Shown in pieces: positions 57,197-64,000 of a DNA stretch of 64,000 bases. The notes under the pieces were generated by a model. It did not search any database. It was given only the letters and a program-made list of their open reading frames with translations, and was not told the DNA's origin. Both the position numbers and the translations under genes were made by a program. The stretch lies in the IMG/VR virus record IMGVR_UViG_3300010391_000222, positions 2,770 through 66,769 of that record; one strand, 5' to 3'. The DNA is from a virus. The first letter of the stretch is position 1. The number at the start of each line of letters is the position of its first letter.

Positions 57197-57631
57197 TTAG
57201 CCATGAGTCCAATGGATTGTCCGAATGCCACATTTGTCTATAAAATTCATACATCCTGCGCATGGTTTACTTAATCCCATCGTATATGTAAGGTCCTGAG
57301 AGCCCCTACGTTTGATTCTAGCGACATATAATGAGAATTGCCTATCATCGAAGGTAGGAGAGCCAAAGACTCGTATTGCTCTCGTAAGAGCATCTATTTC
57401 GGCATGTAGGAATATAGCATTATGATTCTTGCTATAAGTTTGCATAAGGGTATGCGTCTTACGCCTTGGGAATCCTAGCGCAATAATGTCTTTATGCTTG
57501 TGGACTACGGCTGCGCATATTCGGACAGTTCTAATCTCTGGGTCTTTCTCTTGTGCAAAGAAACACAAGGAATTCATCAAAGAAGAGTTCATTATTATTA
57601 AACTAAATAAAATGCTACATAAATTAACCAT
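57197..57631 (-). CDS. Zinc-dependent cytidine/dCMP deaminase-family protein
   Basis: LHAEIDAL and SKPCAGC motifs; start probably an internal ATG. Confidence 0.8.
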   Translation of the reverse strand: MVNLCSILFSLIIMNSSLMNSLCFFAQEKDPEIRTVRICAAVVHKHKDIIALGFPRRKTHTLMQTYSKNHNAIFLHAEIDALTRAIRVFGSPTFDDRQFSLYVARIKRRGSQDLTYTMGLSKPCAGCMNFIDKCGIRTIHWTHG

Positions 57632-57752
57632 ATTGAAATAAATGGTCCTATTATTATTACTGCTGTTTGTTCTAATCTATTTAGAAACGCTAGAACAGTA
57701 ATTGTTATCATAGCGCCCATTGGAATTCCTGCAATAAATCCAAGCATACTAG

Positions 57753-58016
57753 TTACTCCTTCTGAATTTCTTTGATATACTTATCTAATTCTTTGTTTGT
57801 TTCCCAATAAATAGGATTTTGATACCCGTGTGGAGTTGTATATATGATTAATGTCTCATATTTTGTTTTATCTTTAGGATGAAATATTGGATTACCTTTG
57901 ATTCTCTTGCAAATAGACAAGACATTACCATTATTTAAAGATAATCGAGCATATAGATACATATTTAGACCATTTATATGCGGTCCAAATTTTACATCTT
58001 TGATTGTCTTTTTCAT
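57753..58016 (-). CDS. Hypothetical protein
   Basis: 87 aa. Confidence 0.5.
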   Translation of the reverse strand: MKKTIKDVKFGPHINGLNMYLYARLSLNNGNVLSICKRIKGNPIFHPKDKTKYETLIIYTTPHGYQNPIYWETNKELDKYIKEIQKE

Positions 58017-58166
58017 AGTCCATAGGTTCCTATGAATGGTTCATGTATTTCCTGAATAGAATTCACTTTATTATATTCAGGATAATGATGGTTTACTCTC
58101 TTGAGGTATTGCCCTATAGTACAAGAAGTACTGAATATTCCAATGATTAAAACTATGCGTGAAATG

Positions 58167-58835
58167 TTAATAGGAGACATTGGTAATACCCTTGCGTAAG
58201 AAGATACCTTGACCTATGCGTTCACGTTCTTCGTATTCATGGCTCCATGGAGGAGGCAGGCGTCTCCAACGAGTACACCTATAGCGTTTCTCCCAGATAA
58301 TGATTATATGACCACGATGCCTGAGTCTAAGTTTTACAAAGATACGCTTATAGCGTACACATCTAGGCTCCATTGCATGAGGATGATAATAATAATTATA
58401 GCCATTGGAATAGTCTACTCCTTGTAATCTATCTTGGATTACTTCATTGCATAAGGTTTTTACATGATCGAACCGGGGCATGTCATAGACATATCTAGAA
58501 GATATAAAACGTCTAGACCGTGTTCCTGGGTTCCAGACAGAGAATTGCTTAGGGGCCAATAGAACTTCTTGAAGATTATTGCCCCATGCTCCACTTTGCC
58601 ATCTATTATAGATGACATTACAGACAGCCTTTATCTCTTGATCTTCTTGTTTGCCTACTTCACCATAGACGGTACGGTACATTACATCTAAGTCTTCGGT
58701 ACTGAAGGGATATTCTATAGGATTAAGACTAGGAATATTGTCATTGACTGGCCTATCATTAATCCTAGTAGTTATAGTAGTACTACATCCTATGATATAT
58801 AGACATAGTAGAGCTACGACAAGAAACTTATTCAT
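58167..58835 (-). CDS. SleB/Hydrolase_2-like cell wall hydrolase, predicted lipoprotein
   Basis: From ATG 58835: MNKFLVVALLCLYIIGC lipobox; RTVYGEVG, VIYNRW, LAPKQFSVWN, YYYHP, IGQGIF. Confidence 0.75.
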   Translation of the reverse strand: MNKFLVVALLCLYIIGCSTTITTRINDRPVNDNIPSLNPIEYPFSTEDLDVMYRTVYGEVGKQEDQEIKAVCNVIYNRWQSGAWGNNLQEVLLAPKQFSVWNPGTRSRRFISSRYVYDMPRFDHVKTLCNEVIQDRLQGVDYSNGYNYYYHPHAMEPRCVRYKRIFVKLRLRHRGHIIIIWEKRYRCTRWRRLPPPWSHEYEERERIGQGIFLRKGITNVSY

Positions 58836-59493
58836 TGCGTCGCTCAGGGACTCTATATGTAATCCTATTGTAGTCTGCATTTAATTCCCTTTCTAGAGTA
58901 TTTTCGTCTTGTTGTTCTACAGCGTTCTCTAAATCAAATGGATCATCAATATCTTCTTCGGGTTCTTCTGGTATTTCTTCTCCAAACGGCTCTAGTCCTG
59001 CTTCTAATCTATTAAGTACTACACCATCAGGTTCTTCTGGGGTATCTACTATATCAGCAGGTTGCATTTGACCTAGATGTCTTACAAGTATATCACCTAA
59101 AACATGGGCTGGTCTTCCTGGAACTAATTCTTCTAATTCATTGGCCTCTATACCTTGTACATATTCTTCATTTGTATTTACAATGTTTTCTTGCAGTACT
59201 TGATTTACTATAGGACTACTAGGTACTTCAAATAGATTGCCTTTGTATATTTTTCTTTTATTTCCCATAACATCTACTGCATGGATATCCAGACAAGGAA
59301 TTCTTTCGTTCTTGTCATTTATTGTTTCAAAAAAATCGACTTCAAATTTACCATAGCTTTTATCATGCCATAGTTCAAAGAATGCACCACAAATACCATA
59401 GTTTTTTCTATAGTATTTACCAGTATCATTATTCCTCAATGAAACTCTAAATGAAATTTCTTCTTTTTCAGTTAATTCTGGTGTCTTTACCAT
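58828..59493 (-). CDS. Hypothetical protein with acidic C-terminus
   Basis: 221 aa, AAGGA RBS. Confidence 0.6.
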   Translation of the reverse strand: MVKTPELTEKEEISFRVSLRNNDTGKYYRKNYGICGAFFELWHDKSYGKFEVDFFETINDKNERIPCLDIHAVDVMGNKRKIYKGNLFEVPSSPIVNQVLQENIVNTNEEYVQGIEANELEELVPGRPAHVLGDILVRHLGQMQPADIVDTPEEPDGVVLNRLEAGLEPFGEEIPEEPEEDIDDPFDLENAVEQQDENTLERELNADYNRITYRVPERRNE

Positions 59494-59528
59494 GAGTTTT
59501 CCTTTGCGATTCCTTTGGAATCGGTTAT

Positions 59529-59912
59529 CTAAGTGAGCCTTTCTAAGTCTTGTTTAGTCATTTCAAAGACCTTAAGCATATCCTGATAAGCATCGTGTGC
59601 CATAGCAAATGGACCTATTTTCCAAGTAGGGTCAGGAATGCCTCGTTTATCCAGCATTTCCCACCAAAAATCAAGGTGTTTCTTGCAATGAGAGATTTGA
59701 AAAACATATTTGTATTTAGAAGTCTCCGTAATAAAGGGATTTATACATCTATATGTACTAAAATTAATTAGGTCGGCATCGTCCGGAATTTCCTGATATG
59801 CTGCACTAGTTCCTAACAAGACAGTAAGCCCTTTGGAATTATGCCTCATTTTAGGTTTGTAGGGAATTACAAGGACTTCATCTGGGACATCAATACCAAA
59901 GATTTGCATCAT
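59529..59912 (-). CDS. Hypothetical protein
   Basis: 127 aa, AGGAG RBS. Confidence 0.6.
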   Translation of the reverse strand: MMQIFGIDVPDEVLVIPYKPKMRHNSKGLTVLLGTSAAYQEIPDDADLINFSTYRCINPFITETSKYKYVFQISHCKKHLDFWWEMLDKRGIPDPTWKIGPFAMAHDAYQDMLKVFEMTKQDLERLT

Positions 59913-60226
59913 GAACTCCTGAGGATTTTATCTAATGCCTTGATATTTTCTCCTACTATAGTTAGACTGGATAAAAGACCATCCATTAGTTGAAAATAAG
60001 CAGATATATTGCTCATATTTATTTCGTTCTTATCTCTGGTTAATCTTGTAACCAAGAGATCGGCACTAGTCCTGAACATAGTACAAGAACCTTTGAGAGC
60101 TTCTAATTTTCTTTGTATCTTCAAAGCATCTTGATTATGTCTATGCCTAGGTTCAATGTGCCCATTGGCTTCTTGTTCTCGTAAGAATATCTTGCTCAGG
60201 TCTACTACATTAGAAACTACATTCAT
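59909..60226 (-). CDS. Hypothetical protein
   Basis: 105 aa, AGGAG RBS. Confidence 0.6.
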   Translation of the reverse strand: MNVVSNVVDLSKIFLREQEANGHIEPRHRHNQDALKIQRKLEALKGSCTMFRTSADLLVTRLTRDKNEINMSNISAYFQLMDGLLSSLTIVGENIKALDKILRSS

Positions 60227-60238
60227 AGTATTGTTCTC

Positions 60239-60727
60239 CTAGCGTTGTTCTTGTCTTGCATTGAACATTGCTATTTGTTCTTCTAATGTTACAGGTCTAT
60301 AAATTACCTCTGTTATATTTGTTCTAAGTTGTTCTCCTACGGGTGTATTCAGCGTTTCTTCCTGATTTGTTCCAGTATATGTCATAGTAGGTGCATCTGT
60401 AATATGCTGTACGAATTCCTTTTTGTACTTATAAGAATAACACAAATGATCAGGATGTTTTACATCTATATTATGTACTCGTCTTAAATGTGATACTATA
60501 GTTTCTACTATATGTGGATGATAAGTAGTATACCCTATGGTTCCATCATTGAGAAATATGTTATAGTAATAGTCTCGTTTATGTCTTCTTAATTCATTAT
60601 TCTTGATATGAAAAAGACATGTAGCAAATTCTTCTAGTTCTTTAGGAAAAGACCGATCAATACCGTCGTTCATGAAGCACCTATCATCAAAGGATTCAAG
60701 GAGTGGACTTATACCATTGGATGCCAC
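60239..60727 (-). CDS. Hypothetical protein
   Basis: 162 aa. Confidence 0.5.
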   Translation of the reverse strand: MASNGISPLLESFDDRCFMNDGIDRSFPKELEEFATCLFHIKNNELRRHKRDYYYNIFLNDGTIGYTTYHPHIVETIVSHLRRVHNIDVKHPDHLCYSYKYKKEFVQHITDAPTMTYTGTNQEETLNTPVGEQLRTNITEVIYRPVTLEEQIAMFNARQEQR

Positions 60728-60751
60728 TCCTTGCTTTGCACAAGAAAATAA

Positions 60752-61372
60752 TTAGTTATTAATGGGACTCATTGGTGTATAGATTGACTTAGGCGGTTCC
60801 ATAGGATAACATACATTGTCGATCCTATTTGCACAGTTCATTCCATTGGCTTGCGACGCAGCAGCCGATTGCTCTGCAATCGCAGCGGGAAGGGGTTCTC
60901 CTTGAGTATTGCCAGGGCAAGGAGTACCTGCTACAGCCATAGCTTGAGCTACTTCTTCGTCTTGACAAAGCAAAGCTACTGCTGCCGTCTTGAATCCCAG
61001 GTCTTCTAACCTAGCGGAATTCTTAAGACGGACACAGTTGTTGTCTACCCAAGTAGTTCCAAAGGAGATACCAAAGCCTGCTGCTTGGCCCCCAATAGAC
61101 TTGGACCCTGCACAGACATCATTGCCTGAAGTAAGCCCAGGAGCAATTGCAGAGGCCGTAGAGCGTCTGTAATTAGTTACCTGGGTATTACCCTGGCTTT
61201 GTTCCTGGACCTGTCCTTGGCCTTGTAGTTGGCCCTGGGCTTGCCCCTGGTTTTGATGGATACTTTCGTCAATCAAGGGACCTGAGGCCCATGAAGGACT
61301 AGTAAAGACTAGAGCTATAAGGATTACAGTTAGTAATATTGCTAGTTCTGTAGTAAACTTCATAATAGACAT
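60752..61372 (-). CDS. Exported Cys-containing protein with Q/G repeats
   Basis: Signal peptide ending SWA; QNQGQAQGQLQGQGQ; SAIAPGL..C.GS..G..FGISFGTT..C..LLCQ. Confidence 0.65.
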   Translation of the reverse strand: MSIMKFTTELAILLTVILIALVFTSPSWASGPLIDESIHQNQGQAQGQLQGQGQVQEQSQGNTQVTNYRRSTASAIAPGLTSGNDVCAGSKSIGGQAAGFGISFGTTWVDNNCVRLKNSARLEDLGFKTAAVALLCQDEEVAQAMAVAGTPCPGNTQGEPLPAAIAEQSAAASQANGMNCANRIDNVCYPMEPPKSIYTPMSPINN

Positions 61373-61435
61373 GCGATTAGCTCCTGCATAAGGATACTAC
61401 ATGATTATAGTACCCTAGTCAGGAGCTAGAATTAT

Positions 61436-61813
61436 TTAAGTAACAATGGATATTTTAGATAAATCAATGTTTTCTATTTCCTCTTCCTCTTCCTTTTCCT
61501 CTGGAATCGCAGCATACTCTTCTATGTCAGGTATATAGTTAAGAAATTGCTTATTGTCTAGATTAAAGTTATTGATTAGATCAAAGAGTGCATCTACTTT
61601 ACCTTCTACATAAGTAGCATTCTTCATATCTTCTTCGTCGTCATTTAGGTCGGCAATATAATGAAACCATTCTTCATTAAGTCTAGTTAGTTCTAGAGCA
61701 AGATACTTCTTTAGTTGCTTAGGATTTATCGAAGGGTGTCTAAAGCTAGAAAAAAGCTTCTTGGGTTCTATACTAGGTAATTCATCAGGGAATTCTTTTG
61801 CAAATTCTTGCAT
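61436..61813 (-). CDS. Acidic hypothetical protein
   Basis: 125 aa, AAGGA RBS. Confidence 0.6.
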   Translation of the reverse strand: MQEFAKEFPDELPSIEPKKLFSSFRHPSINPKQLKKYLALELTRLNEEWFHYIADLNDDEEDMKNATYVEGKVDALFDLINNFNLDNKQFLNYIPDIEEYAAIPEEKEEEEEIENIDLSKISIVT

Positions 61814-61831
61814 AGTATAATCCTTTGTGTA

Positions 61832-62032
61832 TTAAAGAGGCGAAAGCTCTTCTACTTGCCAAGGCATTCCATTTAGGACATGCCTTTGGACATGTTCTAA
61901 GTATTTTTCATAATGATCTTCGTCGAATATCTTTGAAGTTATTAGTTCTCCTAGATAATCGAGAGTACGGACAAGGATGTACCTTCGTTCTACATGTTTT
62001 ACTTCTCGGCTACAAGAAGTATGCATTGGCAA
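61832..62032 (-). CDS. Hypothetical protein
   Basis: 66 aa, start uncertain. Confidence 0.4.
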   Translation of the reverse strand: MPMHTSCSREVKHVERRYILVRTLDYLGELITSKIFDEDHYEKYLEHVQRHVLNGMPWQVEELSPL

Positions 62033-62049
62033 ACCCCTATCATTAGGTT

Positions 62050-62145
62050 TTAAGGCTTAATCTTTGGAGAAACTAGCCTAGGATGCAATGACATAAGTTT
62101 ATGTTTGCGAAGAATCTCTTGTAGTTGTTCTTTTGTATAAGTCAT
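62050..62145 (-). pseudogene. Truncated duplicate of the pentapeptide gene 5' end
   Basis: MTYTKEQLQEILRKHKL then unrelated sequence; 62095-62145 matches 63475-63525 at 48/51 nt. Confidence 0.55.
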
Positions 62146-62357
62146 ACAATTTTTTTCCTTTGTAAGACTTTTATGATTACGAAATCCTTGCAGTCCAAGG
62201 CATCTTGAAATTCAAGGTCCTTAATATACAAATCTATTATTCCCGATGTATGGCTTTTTATCTGGGTCCTATCATAGCTTGATTCTCCTCGCAAGACGAG
62301 GAATAATTGATCTTTTCTAGATTTTACCAAGAAGCAACATTTCATGCTAATCTCCAT
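62142..62357 (-). CDS. Hypothetical protein
   Basis: 71 aa, coupled. Confidence 0.5.
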   Translation of the reverse strand: MEISMKCCFLVKSRKDQLFLVLRGESSYDRTQIKSHTSGIIDLYIKDLEFQDALDCKDFVIIKVLQRKKIV

Positions 62358-62743
62358 ACCTCGAACGAAGATATATTACCTTGTCTGACAAAGGATTTAA
62401 AGTTTCCATTGAATAGCTTTTGTTTCGTCTTATTCTCAGGGTCTTTTGCAGACCTATGAGCTACAATGGAGTATTCACAAGGCTCATCCTTTGATATTCC
62501 ATGCTTATTAAGTATGTAACATTCAAGAGCAAAGGAAGAAAATAGCGATTGCATTTCAATCGGCAACAATGTAGTATTTTGTTCAAGATAAGACTCTCTT
62601 GGATTGAGTAGTTTAAGGAATTCTCTAATATCATTAGTAGGGTAAACCTTTGATTTACCTGGTTTTTTTACATTATAATCAGAAAGATTACGGAAATATA
62701 TAGGACTAATCGGCGGTGTCTTGAGCTTTCCTCTATTGCTCAT
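62342..62743 (-). CDS. Hypothetical protein
   Basis: 133 aa, ATGA-coupled. Confidence 0.55.
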   Translation of the reverse strand: MSNRGKLKTPPISPIYFRNLSDYNVKKPGKSKVYPTNDIREFLKLLNPRESYLEQNTTLLPIEMQSLFSSFALECYILNKHGISKDEPCEYSIVAHRSAKDPENKTKQKLFNGNFKSFVRQGNISSFEVWRLA

Positions 62744-63525
62744 AAGAAGAATTCTTCTGCTTCTTTTCTTGTAATGAAGAAATGTATTCCTGTACTACAT
62801 TCTCTCCATCTATTTTTGTCAAAATCTTCGATTTCTATAATTTGGTCTTTATTATAAAAGAAGTTAGAATTCCATTGGCTTCTTGCAATTGAAGCGCCAA
62901 AGATTTCAAGAACTTTTACTTTTGATGCTCGACACTTGCGTCCTGTAGCATTGGAGCGTAAAGAATCTTCAAGGATTAAGAGTTTTACTATGATATTATC
63001 CCTGCATTTTTTCCAACCAATGAATGAACCTTCTTTTGGGAATATTATAGTAGAATAATACACATGATTGGGAATATTTTCAGCCCCTTGCAAGTCAGCC
63101 CCTTGCAAGTCAGCCCTTCGCAAGTCAGCCCCTTGCAAGTCAGCCTTTTGCAAGTCAGCCCTTCGCAAGTCAGCCCTTCGCAAGTCAGCCTTTTGCAAGT
63201 TAGCCCATTGCAAGTTAGCCAATTGCAAGTCAGCCCTTCGCAAGTCAGCCCTTCGCAAGTCAGCCTCTCGCAAGTCAGCCCTTCGCAAGTCAGCCCTTCG
63301 CAAGTTAGCCTCTCGCAAGTTAGCCCATTGCAAGTCAGCCCCTTGCAAGTTAGCCTCTCGCAAGTTAGCCCATTGCAAGTCAGCCCCTTGCAAGTTAGCC
63401 CATTGCAAGTCAGCCTCTCGCAAGTCAGCCCTTCGCAAGTCAGCCCTTTGACCTTCTGATTTATTTCTTAGCCAAAGTTTATGTTTGCGAAAAATTTCTT
63501 GTAGTTGTTTTTTTGTATAAGTCAT
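62740..63525 (-). CDS. Pentapeptide repeat protein with C-terminal DUF5758-like domain
   Basis: A(D/N)Lxx repeats; GSFIGWKK..RSNATGRKCRASK..ECSTGIHFFITR; GAGGA RBS. Confidence 0.9.
   Translation of the reverse strand: MTYTKKQLQEIFRKHKLWLRNKSEGQRADLRRADLREADLQWANLQGADLQWANLREANLQGADLQWANLREANLRRADLRRADLREADLRRADLRRADLQLANLQWANLQKADLRRADLRRADLQKADLQGADLRRADLQGADLQGAENIPNHVYYSTIIFPKEGSFIGWKKCRDNIIVKLLILEDSLRSNATGRKCRASKVKVLEIFGASIARSQWNSNFFYNKDQIIEIEDFDKNRWRECSTGIHFFITRKEAEEFFL
63081..63447. repeat. 15-bp tandem repeat encoding the pentapeptide units
   Basis: Unit variants of caagtcagcccttcg / caagttagcccattg. Confidence 0.9.
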
Positions 63526-63960
63526 GTCTTAGTTGTTCCTCTTGGAAACTTCGTATTACACTAAAGACGGATAATGTAATACGAAGATTACAATATAAAG
63601 CTAAGAGTTGCGGAGTCCTATCATCAAAAGAATGTAGTGCCCAGATACAAGGCTAGCATATTGACGCTAAGCATCCTGTTATGCCCGATGCTAAACACAA
63701 TGGAACACATTAGAATTGTTCTAATGTGCTCTGTGTATTCAGCTAATGCGTAGTATGTCCCCTTATGGGTTTATGTTTTGTCCCATAGAGCATAGAACCG
63801 TCATCGCATGTCAGGAAATACCCCAGCAATATGTCCCTGTCCGATATGGGGTTTTCTTTCCAGACAGTACTGTTAAAACATGCAGTGACGGCATGGATTA
63901 AGGCTAGACCAAGATTAAACATGGCGTTGTTCCGTGAGTTAGGGGTTACGCCATGTTTAA

Positions 63961-64000
63961 AGATCGGGAAGAGCACACGTCTGAACTCCAGTCACCGTAC
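63961..64000 (+). other. Illumina TruSeq adapter plus index (artefact)
   Basis: AGATCGG(G)AAGAGCACACGTCTGAACTCCAGTCAC followed by CGTAC, with one extra G. Confidence 0.97.

Noticed and set aside
63064-63459. + strand ORFs with VSPLQ/KSALR repeats
   Set aside because: Reverse-frame readings of the 15-bp pentapeptide repeat; their VS content is unrelated to the structural-protein signal
18500-63500. Visual impression that CTAG is unusually frequent
   Set aside because: Cannot be quantified by eye and may follow from CTA/CCT-AGx codon bias; needs a Markov-corrected k-mer count
1-63525. Stop-codon reassignment
   Set aside because: Genes are long, dense and end in TAA, TAG and TGA under the standard code
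63743-63976. 77-aa - strand ORF at the window end
   Set aside because: Its start codon lies inside adapter sequence; at best a fragment of a truncated gene

Overview
This window is part of a lytic, AT-rich, podovirus-like dsDNA phage genome. A spanin pair points to a Gram-negative host, and the holin/o-spanin style resembles alphaproteobacterial phages (inference). The + strand from 1 to ~25.3 kb is the distal virion module: Val-Ser-rich repeat fibre/decoration proteins, duplicated tail-fibre genes, adaptor and nozzle proteins, a GNAT, two large ejection proteins and a membrane-anchored PAS protein. Terminase, portal and capsid are not in the window. The - strand from ~63.5 kb down to 25.3 kb holds early and middle genes: amidoligase, class II GATase, COOH-NH2 ligase, primase-helicase, family A DNA polymerase, SSB, nucleases, class II RNR, a six-gene glycosyltransferase/methyltransferase/Maf-like cluster, a phosphoesterase, a DNA MTase and a GH24 lysozyme. 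A + strand holin/spanin cassette sits isolated at 49.4-50.0 kb. The best candidate for an undescribed system is phage-encoded virion O-glycosylation (Maf-like transferase, 3 GT-A enzymes, 2 methyltransferases), paired with strong Val-Ser enrichment in exterior structural proteins. Other highlights are a holin-like TM-PAS protein, a promoter-driven structured ncRNA candidate, a GC-rich gene inserted with a 10-bp target duplication, and an atypical tRNA. The last 40 bases are Illumina adapter. All functional calls come from reading motifs by eye; no searches were run.
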